From Paraphysomonas bandaiensis (lineage: Eukaryota > Protista > Chrysophyceae), in contig CBFFRP010000393.1 of assembly GCA_965644295.1 (NCBI GenBank), forward strand, positions 1-49,472: a stretch of DNA of 49,472 nt, read 5' to 3'. Below are positions 20,165 through 34,400 of the stretch, piece after piece; within the stretch, counting starts at the first letter, position 1; each line of letters opens with the position of its first letter. The notes under the pieces were generated by a model. The model ran no database searches and was not told the DNA's origin. It saw only the letters and a list, made by a program, of their open reading frames with translations. A program made the position numbers and the translations under genes.

Positions 20165-22634
20165 ATGTCGTGTATGAGCTTGGCTGGAGAGCAGGTTATA
20201 AATATATTGGGATTATATTGAGTTAGTTATATAGTTGTCCCAACAGGTTAATGAGCTCCTTTATGTGGGCTTTAATCAAGACAATGGATGCTTTGCTTGT
20301 GGTACAGGTATCTAATAGTGTGTTATATATTATATCTTTATTAGTATATATTTATTAGAGTCGTTGATATGTATGTAGAGTGATTGTGAACTGCTCTCAT
20401 GTCCTGATACTATATAATACCCATTCACTGTTTTATTTTGCGTAGACAACGGGTTCCGTATATACAACGTAGATCCATTTCGAGAAACCTTTCGAAGGGT
20501 GTTTAGTAATGGTGGAATCGGCATTGTGGAGATGCTGTTCAGATGTAACTTATTGGCTCTTGTTGGAGGAGGGCGGAACCCACGATACCCCACTAATAAG
20601 GTAACCATAATGAATGAGTAAGATAGCGGCCAACACAATATAGGTTATGATATGGGACGATCATCAAAACAGATGTATTGGAGAGTTGATGTTTAAGAAC
20701 GAAGTGAAAGCAGTAAAGCTCAGACGGGATAGAGTTGTCGTTGTGCTCAAGACCAAAGTATATGTGTACAGGTGCACTACAAACTAGTGTATTGTTTAAG
20801 AGATTTTCCCATTATGTGAACTGTAGTATATGTAGTACAGTGTATATAATAGTGAATGTGTGTGTAGTTCATGTGATGTAACGCGACACAGTGGATCCAA
20901 CATGTCGTGTGTTATATATGAGATGACTTAGTTCCCTTTCGCAGGTTCTCCGACCTGAAGTTGCTTGACCAAATAACGACAATGCCCAACCCAAAGGGGT
21001 TGGTGTCACTCTGCCCAGATTCTTCCCACACTGTCCTGGCATGCCCCGGTATCCCTACCTGAATTTTATCTACAACTGTGTTCTATGTAATTCATATTTT
21101 TACAACTTTTAAACTTGGTCTACTACAGTCAATAGTACTGAGTGTGTATTTGACACTATGTCTGACTTATGGTACTCATATGGTGTAGGTCTTGCCCGGG
21201 GATCTATAAGAGTGGAGCTCTATGATGTCAATAAGGCTATGCTCATTAAGGCACATGATGCAGATCTTGCACAGTTTGCACTAAATGTAGACGGAAGGTG
21301 TACATACTGTACCAATATATGTGCCATAATATATTGTACTCTGTATAACTTGGACATTGCAATCGTAACTTACATTGATTTTTTATCGTAACTTGTATTT
21401 CAGTCGCATTGCGTCGGCGAGTGAAAAGGGCACACTCATACGAGTCTGGGACTGTCATACCGGAGACCCTCTCAGGTTTTGTGGCGATGTGGCGTTTTTC
21501 TGTGCTGTGTTTTTCTAAAAGTGCAGTACAGGGAACTGAGGAGGGGTATGGACAGGGCAGAAATATATTGCCTGTGTTTCAATTCAACATCTACCTTCTT
21601 AGCATGCTCTAGGTAAGTTACTGGTGCCTAATTACCGGACATCTCATGGTGTTGTATGTACAGTGACAAGGGCACCGTTCACATATTTTCACTGACTGCG
21701 GAAACAGGCCAGGAGATGAGTGGCCACTCTCCAGCTACACTTACAGGCGCGTCATCTAGTGTAGGGTCCAGCAGCGTTAAGGTAATAACGGCACATTGCT
21801 CTCGCAGTATAGTGTAAATGTGACACCTTGGAGGGTGGTATATGCAATGTATGCAGCAGTGTGGTATATAGGGTGGTGTCGCATGATATTATCTGCTACG
21901 CCTCTTTGTTGCTGAATGTTTGTGCTTCTAGGCCAAATCATCTGCTGGAGGAAACAGACCGGCCCTTTCTTCCAGTGCTGCTGATGAGTCTGCGGCGAAC
22001 ACGAAGTCGGGGTTGTCATTTATGAAAGGTACAACACGCGATACATTTTTAACTAAAAGATTTATCAGATCATTGACGTTTGTTCTGTGTGATTTTTCTA
22101 TGTACTGAATTATACACACTTGGTATATTAAAGTGGAAGTGGGGTTCTCACTCATAGTGCTCAGATATATTGCCTGTGGGCCTTGTCCCCAAATACTTCG
22201 GCAGTGAGTGGAGCTATGCTCAAGTCAGAGGATTGGAGGGAAAGTGTATATGTGCTTTTGACAGGGACGCCCCGAAAATAACGGTAGCGGTCATACCATA
22301 TATTGCTATGGCGTATTCTGATTTGTATTGTGTGCATAAAATGCTGTAACATGTGCAGTCAAGCACTATACCTTTATATCCATATGCACTTCCTACTAAC
22401 TCCAGTAACTCTTGTCAGGTTATATCTGCTGACGGCACCTTCATGACCTCTTCCTACGAAGAGGGCGGAGAGTGTGTCCGACTGGCGTATGCAAAGTTTG
22501 TAAGAAGCGATGGGGAACAAGATGAGACTCCGGGCCCTTCGGAGATTACCACAAGCACTGGAAGTGCAGCTAACTCCAATATTTCACCAGATGAAGCTCA
22601 GCATGACAGGTACATATCTAACACAGTTATATGA
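20165..22634 (+). CDS. WDR45B: PROPPIN WD40 autophagy protein (WIPI3/WDR45B, ATG18 family), multi-exon
   Basis: Spliced by hand: [94 protein letters not shown] (LRRG motif), [18 protein letters not shown]. Confidence 0.9.
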
Positions 22635-23379
22635 ATGTGTACACCCGCTATGTGCACGCATTTCTGTACCACACAGTGACACTTGATGTAATTTTGCGGT
22701 TTTACATGTGATAAAGTGTATCAATTTTCAGACGCAGTGCTGAGGCTACTGGTCACATAGGAGAAGTCTGAGCCTAGTAGCATTCTTACTAATCATTACA
22801 TGGCATGTAAATTTGATCGTACGAAGAATGAACCCTTAAACAATTAAATGATTCAGTAAATAATAATGGCGATGATAGTGATACCGTGAATCATTCATAT
22901 CGCATTACCGCCATGTCGAAGTTAACTAGAGCAAGTTACAGCACCATGTCACATTCAGAGATGAGTGATAATAGGTTTCAGTAAATATCTGCTTTAGACT
23001 TTATCAACGATACATTTATTTCATACCACAATTCATATTGCAATACTATATATCAGGCGCTGATATATAGTATACAGTCGGTGATATTTCTATTGCCATC
23101 TATAGCTTCCAGATACTAGCTAGCTAGTATCATTCAAACAAAAAACGAGGAGCGATTCAAAACTAATGTCACCGTTAGAGAACGCATTACTAGAGCATTG
23201 CGGATCAACAAAAACGATGATATAGTAAAATGCGTATGATCTGCGAACTTTAGTACTCAAGCGTTTTAAACTGATTATAACCATATCACCCGCAATCACA
23301 TTAATATCTCCAAAGCCTCAAACTCATGAAATAAAACACTACTCCTACACAACTAGAATGATATCCAAATTCTCGTTCA

Positions 23380-24775
23380 TCAATCCGAAAATTTGTATTT
23401 TTTTCTCTGTGGTACATCAGTCATGCCCTGCCCACTTCCGGTCACCCCGACTCTTCCATCTACGGCCTCCGGGGATGCAAACATGCTTGACTTCTTGACA
23501 ACACCTTTCGACTTCTTTTTCGTACTCTACACAATAATCAGTCACTCAAATCAACCAGTACAAAGCATTGACTATATGTATATCAAATAGTAATCGTGCC
23601 GGAAAACAGAATGTATAATTCAACATTACATAAGGAGCAGTGTACAAATATAACATATATATAAGTAGTTAGCTCGATATATATCATTCTTCACAAAACT
23701 AACTATACCTTACTAACGAAAGCTTTCCAACTGTTTTGCACTGCTGACTGCTCAGCCTCTAGATTTTGAATTCTAGCTTTTCCTTTAATTGCCTTAATCT
23801 TCTTCTTCTTCTTTGCTCGAATCTAGGGATGATAAATTAACACTTTTACATAGCAGGCAGAGCATGGCATCATGCCCATGGATACTAAGGTACCATATGA
23901 AATAAATCAAGGACAGCAGTATATCGCATTCCTGACATAAAATACATATATCAATATGCCATGCACACAATACCTCCTCAGTATCTGTAGGCTTAATCTT
24001 GAGATTTTCAGGTATTACCACCGAGCTCATGCCGCTATGCATCTTCTCTACAGCAACAGCTGTTCGCTTGCTAAGAACTGAAAGTGGAAGGGGTCTCAGA
24101 TACTCTAGACACACCTGCACATACAAACAGCATATTACAGAATTTATTACAGGTACACCAGAATAATGGATCAGATACAACACACAAAAACAGCAACACA
24201 ATTCCGGATGATTCATATCTAGCATGTACACAACTCTACGGATTCTATGCACCTACCTCTGATTGAGTATTAAATTGAGTGAATGTTATTTTGTAACCGT
24301 CCGGAGTCACGCTATCAACAACAGCATCATACCACTTCTGATCGACTGCATATTTGCACTGACACTTCAGTCCTGGAGCTACCTTATCACTTGAAAATGG
24401 TCCCGTATTAGATATTTTACGTAAGCTATTGAAGGGTAGGGTTACTTCAGTACCATATTCATAATACTTTAAATTACAGGTGCCATCATCAGAGTTGATT
24501 GCCGTAATCACACCTGGATATGGCCGATCCCCTGAAATAACCTCAATACGATCTCCCACTACTAAATCCACTGCAGTAACTGGTGCATTACTTCCACGCT
24601 GAGCCTCAACTAATGACTCTGTTGTTTGTATGGCATCCTCAATATCTCTTTTTAAAGTTAATAAATCCTCATTTGTAGAATCTGATTTTAAATAATCTGT
24701 AACCTGAGCAAGATGTTCCTGTAGTTGTTCTTTGTCTATTGAGCTGATATGATCCTCGTGTGTTGTGTCTTCCAT
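23380..24775 (-). CDS. SMNDC1: SMN-related splicing factor 30 (SPF30/SMNDC1-like) with two Tudor domains, multi-exon
   Basis: N-terminal helical hairpin (EQLQEHLAQV...DLLTLKRDIEDAI), Tudor motifs, IPENLKIKPTDTEE, SWKAFV, SMFASPEAVDGRVGVTGSGQGMT. Confidence 0.85.
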
Positions 24776-25235
24776 ATATACTAATTACTGTATTCTAGAG
24801 ACTGAAAAGAAGAGTAAATGTAGATGTGGTGATGGGTGTGATATTGTGAGTTGTAGGACTAGTGCCTGGAACGGTATTGATGGAATCAAATTGTGTCTAG
24901 CAGTTCCAGTTAATGAGTACACTGCCTTCAGTTAATATACACATACATGTATGTGTATGTGTGATGCTGTTTTTTTCTATTGCTGTGCTGGTATGCTCTA
25001 TAGACTCTGGTATATAGTGTACTACTGTATATATAGAAGTAGTACTTGTGTTACAACAAACTGAAAACTGAAAAACAGTTTTGAGTGTCCCCTGAAGGTG
25101 TAGTAAATACAAGGTGATGTATGAGTGGCGTAGTTGTGGTTGTGTTGAATGAAGAAGTATGTATGTATACGATATTATTACTAACATATTAAATAGACTT
25201 TTGGTGGAGGAAAGTTTACCTGAGAAACCAAAAAA

Positions 25236-25571
25236 ATGGCACCTGCAACTGGAAAGAAGTCGAAGAAGACTGTCGAGTCTATCAACTCGAGATTGCAGCT
25301 CGTGATGCGATCTGGAAAGGCCGCTCTTGGTTACAAGACAACCATGAAGTCTCTCAGAAGCACCAAGGCGAAGATGGTTATCATCTCATCCAACTGCCCT
25401 CCTCTGCGCAAGTCTGAGATCGAATATTACGCCATGTTAGCTAAGTGCTCCGTGCACCACTACGCAGGCAACAATAGCGATCTCGGCACTGCTTGCGGTA
25501 AGTTTTACAGAGTGTCCATGCTCTCCGTCACTGATGCTGGAGACTCCGACATCCTCAGACCTTCTGCTTAA
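25236..25571 (+). CDS. RPL30: 60S ribosomal protein L30 (eL30)
   Basis: [21 protein letters not shown]...[17 protein letters not shown]...[11 protein letters not shown]...DAGDSDI. Confidence 0.98.
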   Translation: MAPATGKKSKKTVESINSRLQLVMRSGKAALGYKTTMKSLRSTKAKMVIISSNCPPLRKSEIEYYAMLAKCSVHHYAGNNSDLGTACGKFYRVSMLSVTDAGDSDILRPSA

Positions 25572-26278
25572 GTTATTGTATTTACGATTTCCACTTGCGT
25601 CTAATTAAAGGAGCCATCATCTCAACTATTTTTTCTTGTTACCTTTTTTAGCATCTGTTCTGCATATAAGTGGACGGAGTGTACCTCATGGTAAAGTGGG
25701 TGTTGTTCACACGTTATATCCCAATACGTTATAGTAATTACAATTAGGGAGTTCGTAGTAACGCACATCTCGTGGATGAAATCTACGATTGAAACCCAAA
25801 CATTAGTGTAGCAAGATATATAGTAGAGCTGCATATGCTGCAATATGTACAATCAGACAATTCGGGGGTTGCAAATAGCTGCCATATCAACATAAAACTA
25901 GTTGTACTCAGTTTGCTTCTTTAGCCTAGTTAGTGCATATATTATTAGTTTAGTTTGTCAAGTGCATTGTATTTTGTATATTGGAATGAGTGCTATTGTA
26001 AGTTGTAGCCTAGCCAGTACACACATCATATCATGTGTATATGCAGTGGAGTTCCCTACTATACTACATCTGAGGGAGACCAATTAGCGCCTAGACTTAT
26101 TATACACAGATTATAGTCCATAAGCAGCATATTGAATGAGCTGAATACTCAGTTGTGCATGGTGCTATTAAGTACTCATATCTTCAAAAACAGGATAACT
26201 ATCTAATTATTGAAGTGTGCCGTCCAACACGAGGTGTTATCAAGATTTTGATAATTACAGATTTAGTTAACAAAGTCT

Positions 26279-28048
26279 CTATGGCCAAAAGTGTGATCTG
26301 ATACCATTGTGTCTAACTTTCTGGAAAAACTGCATCACTGGTAATCTGTCGAGCACAATCTGACGTTTCTCCGTGTCCTTGATGGTGCCCCAGCCGCATG
26401 CCATCATAACATCACATCTAAAGTGAGCCTCGAAAAAAAATTCATCTACAAGTTCTATTAAATATTGGTCGTTAAGAAGCTCCACAGCCAGGTCCAACTC
26501 AGTTTCCGGATGGTCTATATCTAATTTAAATGATATGAAGTCAGCCGGCCTTGAAGTACGTCTTATAAATGCCGTTGGTGAAGGTGACGTCGAGTTGCTG
26601 GTGCCTACCACAGAATAGAGATGCAGTCAATAACCGTGCGTATCGTAATAGACATATATTTAGGCACAAATACATCTTCTGCATACACTAGGCATATACA
26701 AGTTCAAATTTTTCTTTGTGGCGACTTTTCACCTATAGGGGTATTGTAAAATGACCAAAAAGGCTGCCACTTAAGGGGTATCCTCGACCAATACTCCACT
26801 GGGTCCAAGAGACTCTTCTCCCATGATAGAACTTTGTCAAATGACATACCCACCTGCACGTATGTATACATTATGATAATACAAAATAGCGGATTGTCTG
26901 ATGCATGTACACATTTATATACACGAATGTGATCGCAACCAAATGGAATGAGGTGGGTAATACCTGTGAATAGGCACATGTCAACCACTTGAGGGAGCTG
27001 TCAAACAGTGACGTCCCAGCATCGTATAGTACATGTTTATTTCTTCCCCTCAGCATCAATGTGGACCCATTATTCCCGTACGTCATATGATTGGTTGACA
27101 GAATGAGGTAATCTGACGACATGATGGGAACATCCGAGGCTATGCGTTCGTCTACATTTCGGCCGCTATTAAGCCGTCTCAGCAATTCTTGATGCGAGTT
27201 CACATTTGGATAGGCATCTACAACAGCCTTTATATGGCGGCACGCTGCAAAAGCAAATGGGTGACGTCCATGAACGGTTATGGGCTCAATCCATTCTATC
27301 CAACTATAGGTGGAGTCTTTGCATGTCTTGACCACGTTAAACCGTGAAAGTACACTGCTCGCATCATTATCTTGGAGCCTTGAGGTAAATATATATATTA
27401 GTTCTAATACAAACGAGATGTTATTGTGTTCATACCACTGGGACTTATCCTCTGGACTCTGCATAATTTCCCTTGCTAGCTCAAGCCATTTGTAATTTTG
27501 ACTGAGCTCCTTTTCCGTTGTCAATTGCCTCAGTAACTCATTAAGTCTTTGGTTAGGATCTGAAATTGATTCTAGTACACTAGCCAGACGCATATGGTGG
27601 GTTTCATACGGGCTTGGGATGTAAGTGCGAGTAATATGACACTTTCCAGATATATTTTTCTTTTTCGAGTTTTTCCCATTTTTACTATTCTTAAAGCTCG
27701 ATTGAGGTATTGCTTGTATTTTCTCGTAACCAATACCTCTAGGTTCCCTTACTGGATTGAGATCACCTTGTGCAGCACAACAGACTTCTCTATTATCAGG
27801 TGTGACACAATCCATATGCACATTATCCGATTTAACTCCTTCATATATTTTCTTAAACTTAACACAATTAGCTTGTTTTATAGTAGTCGTTGAAGTTGTT
27901 TGACTTTGAACAGACAATAGAAGCCCAATCCAGGACAATAATATCAATAACATTAAGCACACTATAGAAACATACAGATGACAATAGTACAGGTATATAT
28001 AGAATAAAGCGGGAATCTACCAATATGGTTATCCAGACATAACTTCAT
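26279..28048 (-). CDS. Secretory-pathway protein with C-terminal FkbM-like methyltransferase domain, multi-exon
   Basis: Exon 1 28048-28021 splices in frame to 27961, followed by a hydrophobic signal/anchor. Motifs LYDAGTS, FDKVLSWE, FISFKLDID, LVDEFFFEAH, IRSHFWP resemble FkbM-type SAM methyltransferases. Confidence 0.65.
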
Positions 28049-28255
28049 GTTAATGAATATGGAAAGAGCTTCATGATATCAGCAAATCGAGAAAGAGATA
28101 TTACAGCCACATTATATCAGGCATAATATAAGCATGTCCTGTTGAGCTGAGTACTCGTAGCCATGACGTAGGAATACAAAGTGTTCAAAATATCCATTTT
28201 TTATTGCAAAAATCCAGAAATTTTGACAGCAAAGCAATCAGGACAGAAATAATGC

Positions 28256-28401
28256 ATCGGCATCCTTAGTATATTTTTGTTCAGAGATGCCTCATATATT
28301 GAGACAACAATTATCTGTATTCCAGACGTAGCTATAGTGCAGTAATGTAGAGAATATTAGTTTCAATTTATTTCCGAAAAAATAAGATGCTGACTGCCGA
28401 T
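28256..28401. mobile_element. ~145-bp MITE-like repeat, copy 2
   Basis: Colinear with 7776-7920, same ATCGGCA/TGCCGAT ends. Confidence 0.8.
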
Positions 28402-29008
28402 ACGAAATGCATTTCATATAGGAGAAAACTAAGGTACAGCATGATTCTAACTTAACCACGCCACATGAGAGTTGAATGAGGCATTTCTGTTAGCAAGTTG
28501 ATTGTACAACACAGTGATCACCTATCTCCGTTGTTTTTCCTTTGCATTCCTATTCTCTAATGTAAGAAGCATGTAAGACTCTATCTTCAACTGAATTAGT
28601 GATTTCTATGAATGTTATACTACTGGATGTCAAACGTAGTATAGCATGTCACAGATAATGTAGGGTTGCGTGCATTCATGCCTTTTGGATAGATGCATTA
28701 GAGCAATGAAGGTGATATCCAGCCTAAGTGAATGCTGTAGAGTGTAGACATCGAACTTGAAGGCTATCAGACGTATACGATTGTACTTAGTACTTAGCAT
28801 CTTGACATACTCTAATTAGTCACTAATCACTAATGAGCTGTGTTCAATTCACAAAACCCTTGTAGCATTCATCTTCCACTATTTCAATTGTCGTTGGCAT
28901 GTAATGTCGAGTTGATATAAACGTGTTAACGACTCTACTTTATGACAGCACCATTAATTTAAAATTGTCAAGGAATAGTATCATTACATTAAAGCGTTCA
29001 AGTATATA

Positions 29009-30704
29009 CTAAAGCATGAGGAGTGTTGGGTTACTAAGATAGTACTGAAATGCTTGCAAAAATTGTGAAGCAGTAGCTTCGTCAACAACTCTTCTGTCAG
29101 AGGACATTTGGACAGTCATTGTTGTAACCACGCGCGGCTCACCACCGTGCTCAACAGGTGGGAGTACACGTTGAATACCGCCTCCAACAGCCAAGATGCA
29201 TGCTTGAGGGGGGTTGATGACAGCTGTAAATGATGATATCCCAAACATTCCTGCGCGTTAAAAACAGTGTAATTTATGCAGGAGAAATATGTTGAGCTAC
29301 GCACCAAGGTTTGATATAGTAAAAGTGCCGCCTTGGTACTCCTTAGGTTGTAGCTTTCCGTCACGAGCGCGTGTAGCGAGGTCCTTCACTGTACTGTTGA
29401 TGGCAGATAGACCCAATTGATCAGCCCCACCAAGAATAGGAGTTATCAGTCCAGTGGGTGTAGCCACTGCGACTGATATGTCGACAGATTGGTTCAGCTC
29501 AGCAGAGCCTATAGAACAGAAGTGGACGTCAGGTGAGAAAAATCAATAATATGGGTAAAGTAGTACCTGTCGAAGAAGACCACCGACCGTTACACTCGGG
29601 AACGTCACGTAAAGCCATCGCAGCAGACTTAATGACTAGGTCGTTCACTGATACCGCGACTCCGAAGTCATTCTTTAGAGTTTTTCTCAGCTTCATCAAG
29701 TTGTCAATTTCACATTCAGCCGCACAATAGAGATGAGGAACTGTGGCTTTGGATTCGGCTAGTCGCTTCGCAATTACCTTGCGCATGTTGGAGTTGGGAA
29801 GGTCCGTGTATGAACCATTTGGTGAAGCGGTATTTGGTGTTACGCTGCCACTATCTGTACATTCGACGGGGTTCTTGTCAACTACGGAAGTATTATCATG
29901 AGCAGTTTCTTTAGCAGGTGACGACGCGGGCTTGGCGTTTCCATCCTGAATGGCTCGAAGTACGTCCCCCTTGGTAATAATACGCCCTCCTTTTACTGAC
30001 CCGCGAACACTACTAGCGTCAATGCGTCGGGATTGAACAATATGTCGTGCAGCAGGGGAAAATATGCCGGTTTGTGCAGGTGACTCGGAGGTAGAGGTCA
30101 ACGAAGTGGGGGCTAAAATGCTGGTATTAAACAAACGCAACATTCATAGGTGCAGAACTCACCTGACGCAAGAGAAGCGTCAGAAGTGGATATATCTGCC
30201 GAGCTCCCTTTGGTAGCTGTAGACGGAATCACTGATTCTTCTGGTAGAGTCAAATATTCTTTGTACTCTGCCTCATCGTTAACCATCAATGCTATGGGTG
30301 AACCACACTGAATCTCTTGGCCTGCAGTAATAGGCTTACACAGTCACCACACTTCGCTATACGTACCACCGGCTTCAACCAAAATTTTAGCTAGTACACC
30401 TTCATCCTGTACCTGCAAGGGACCATAAAAAGTTATAGATTTGATAGAAGACATGATACAGCCTATTCACCTCAAACCCAACAGACGCTTTGTCAGTTTC
30501 AACCTCGCATAGAACATCACCTGGTGCAAATGTATCACCTGGTTGCTTATTCCATGCAGATATCGTGCCATGCGTCATTGTAGGGCTTAGTGACGGCATC
30601 GGAATAGTTGTCACTTCTATCGAGGAACAGTTTCTTAGAAAAACACTGCCATATGTACTTCTCGAGCAACGGGAAATAAATCCAACGCACTTTCGTGTCA
30701 GCAT
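29009..30704 (-). CDS. PDHX: Pyruvate dehydrogenase complex E3-binding protein (protein X), E2-like, mitochondrial, multi-exon
   Basis: Transit peptide, one lipoyl domain (MPSLSPTM...EVETDKA), subunit-binding domain (SPAARHI...[10 protein letters not shown]), core domain. The DHRxxDG catalytic motif reads [10 protein letters not shown], lacking His as in E3BP. Confidence 0.8.
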
Positions 30705-30936
30705 TGCCGTATTTACCGTCTTAAATCACTATCAGTCAGAGGTTACTCAATCTAAATTATCTGCCTTATAAACAGATATCTACGCGTTGCAATGTATGAT
30801 ATATATACCGTAGACAGTGAAACTAAAGAACATGAATTTTGAATAGAGCTGAGTAGTTATTACCACTCCTCTTATTAAGTGTTATGGTGTGTACAGATAA
30901 CTGCATGATGATTCGTCCCACACCAGACATACTCGT

Positions 30937-31080
30937 ATGGGCAGTCAGCATCTTAGTTTTCGGAAATAAATTGAAGCAATAATACTCGATATTACTGCCA
31001 CACAAATACGTCAGGAATACAGATAATTGTTGTCTCAATACTAGAGGCATCTTGGAACAAAAATACACAAAGGATGCTGT
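30937..31080. mobile_element. ~145-bp MITE-like repeat, copy 3 (reverse orientation)
   Basis: GGCAGTCAGCATCTTA...ATAATTGTTGTCTCAATA...GAGGCATC is the reverse complement of copies 1 and 2. Confidence 0.75.
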
Positions 31081-31400
31081 GCTACGTACAGTTTACTGTA
31101 GATATACGATATATACTGCTGTATACAGACCAGCAGTTTATCATGAAACTGAAATTTTAGTAATCCACTCAAGATACCAACCGCATCTTTAAATATGCTG
31201 TTGTGACGGTTCAAGATCCAATATCTTTGATGACAACCTCACATCCATCATACATCCAGCAAAAGATTCGTACTTTTATTGTTGCACTTCATACTAACTT
31301 CATTACACTTCACAACGTCTTTTTATAGCGATCTTCATAACTTTCTATCTCAACGTATCATATACCATACTAACATATTGGATTATATATACTACGAAGA

Positions 31401-34400
31401 ATGGAGTTACCCCCTATAATGGAGTCTGGGACTCGTCCGATGATATCTACACAGTTGAAATCATCAAATAAGATCCTCGGTCCAAGCTATGAATGGTCCC
31501 CTATGCCAGGTGGATCCAAACAAGCCAGTACAAGAAGAGGGTTCAGTGTAAGGAATCGCAATCCATCAACCACTCATTTCACGGAGATTGCATCCCCTAC
31601 TCCAGCACCTGTACGAAGCCCTCAGAAATCATCACGTTTTGCTAACCAAAAGTCCGCTAGAATTGCAAGTCAGCAATCAGCTAAACTCGGTATTCAGCAA
31701 TCAGTGAGGCCCACAACAGAAGCTGATTCTCGTCGTTTGGGTAAAAGAGTATCAACACACTTTGGATTTTCTCAGAGACTTGCTAAGAGTAGCGCCAGCT
31801 TCCGTGAGTATACCTTTGTGGATACTCATACGAACACGACATTCAAATCCTCAAACTTGCTACTGGATCCAGTCAGATTCCGTAGAGTTGATGCCGATGG
31901 AACCCTAATGTCTACTGGTGGAGTGATGGTACGGGGAGAATCTGTGTCTCGACTAATGGCAGAAGACGAAACGTCTATCCGCGATCTACGTTATTACCGA
32001 GAAGTGGAAGTTCTGGGCTACGTATGGAGGTGGGTCCTTAAATATCTTATGCTCCTCACTAAGGACGAAGTAAACGCCCTACGCTTTACGAGGGGTTTGC
32101 AACTGTCATTGCCATTTTTGTATGGCTACGAGTCTTATTTGATGAGCGAAGTGATTGGTGCCTTCGAGAAGCGGGATAGTTATACCCTTGCGTACGCTCT
32201 CTCTTTAGCATTTAAGAACAGGAATGTCAGCCGTGTTTTGGTGCAGCAGATGATGCGATATGATATCTTCTGGCATCAGGATACGCAGTTTAAATGGAAC
32301 CGCCTCTTCGATGCTTTCGGAAACGTCCCAGTATTAGGAATGTTCACAAGTTTTCCGTCAACGGAGAATTTCCCAGATACTCGCAGTCACACAATCGCTG
32401 CTGTTTTCCGAGTTGTCTTGGGAAAAGGGTTTTGGTGGACACGCGTGCTTACCGGCCGACAAGAAATTGTAACAGATAATGAAAATGCCATCGCCCAGAA
32501 CCTTGCTGCCGAAAGTAATGGGTTTGAAACCGCAAACCGCAACCAACACGGTACTTTTCTCGGTCGAGAGAAAACAAATGCATTCCGACTACATCACCGT
32601 CTTCCTACTGATGAGAGCATTGTGCGAACTTTTATTGTGCAGCCGCTATCTACTATACTTAACAACGGTGTGGAACATGTGCTTCGCCAGGTGGCGCGGC
32701 ACTTTCATAATATGCTTTATCAGGATTTCGGAAACTTTGCACATCAACGCATGGAGCAGCTTAATCCATTTGAATTCCTCCGATTCCATATGCCTGTGAT
32801 CATGGTTGCGCTTACCACTCTTAGGGGTCTTACTACCTGGGACTCGCAGGTACTTGCCCCTTTCGTTTCGAGACTGCAACTCATTGGCAATATTGCTGAT
32901 GTCGAGGACGTTCGCGCCATCGTAAAGCAAATGCAAGAAGATATTGTGCTAAACTTGTGTGGAGGCATTGCCTCCCGGGTTGATATTATGCGCAGTCTTG
33001 TAAATGCCATTGATTCGTCCCTGACATATATTCAAAGTGAAGCAGCAGAAGTAAACGACATTGTCGAGTCTGTCGAAGCAGGATTGGACTTGGGCATGAA
33101 GCTGATCACAGGAGTGAAATGGACTGTTCCCAGTGATAGTGTTCTCTCTGCAGCTGTTGTAGCAGTATGTAGAAACAAACATACGGACGGTGTGTGCCCA
33201 CATGCGGTGAGGAGGGCTTTGAACTTGCTGGCCCCGAAGGATAAGCGAACGTTGATTCAGTTATGCTCTGCGGGGCACGAAGGTACTCATCCGGCAAAGC
33301 TTTTGGTGGCAAGGACTGTGACTTTGCTACAGCGGGAACTCCGTCGGGCAGTATGGGACGAAAAGCTTTTGGAGCTGTCTGTGGGTGAGGAGACAAAGAA
33401 GTATACTCCACTAAGTGTGTATTGGCTTGAGGATAAGGAGAGGAGCGCTGTTTACGTGTATGAAGGTAAAAAGCCAGGTAGCAATGAGCACAAATTTACG
33501 CACCGCGCCAGTGGCCATGTTCGCTGGGTCACACCTGGTGAAAATGTCACAGTGTACGAATATGTGGAATGTGCTGAGACCATTACACGAGCGCAACATG
33601 CTTTTATGACTATTGAACTCGAGAATGGCAAGAAATTCACTTACGATGCGTTTATGGAGTTTACCCAGTTAAGAGAGCCCCTGCGAAAACTGATAGTATT
33701 ATCTCAAATTCACTGTGAGGCATTGGATGACGCACGTCTGAATGTGCTACAGTCCTTTCAACGTGGGGCCCAAACGGAGATGAACGTTCATGCCATGGTT
33801 CCCGGTGAAACATATTACGTGTACAAGAATAAGCAGTACGAACCTTTCACCCCAACGAAGCCGTACTCAGCCGGCGATCCTGAATTTGAGGAGATCAAGG
33901 GGTTGCCCCTTTTTACTGTACCACCGCAATCCATGATCGTTATCGGTGGAGGCCCTACAGGACTTTTAACCACAATGCACTGTTTAGAGAACGTTCTACA
34001 AACCAGTGGCACTATGAGACTGTACGAGTCGCGCGATGCATTTGCTAAAGCTGGTGCTACTTTTGAGCGCTCCCAGATTGTACGACTTGACTCAAGATGG
34101 ATTGCCATGCTTCGCTATCACTTGGGCACCGTGTTTGAGGATGAGTTCATTCCTGCATCGGGAGAAACTGATCCGCATTACGGGAATACTCTCCCGAGCC
34201 AAGGTTTTATCGAAATTACCATTAAAGATATGGAGGCCATTATGAACTTGCAAGTTGCGAAGTTATTATCACGAGGTCTTCTCAGGCACGACACCAGCAG
34301 CGGAGCACAGTACGACCATAAGAAAAATAAGCTAATCAAACTGGGGAAAGCCCTTAAGAAAGATGACTTAATTCTGCGAAAATTTAATCCTGCTGGACAG

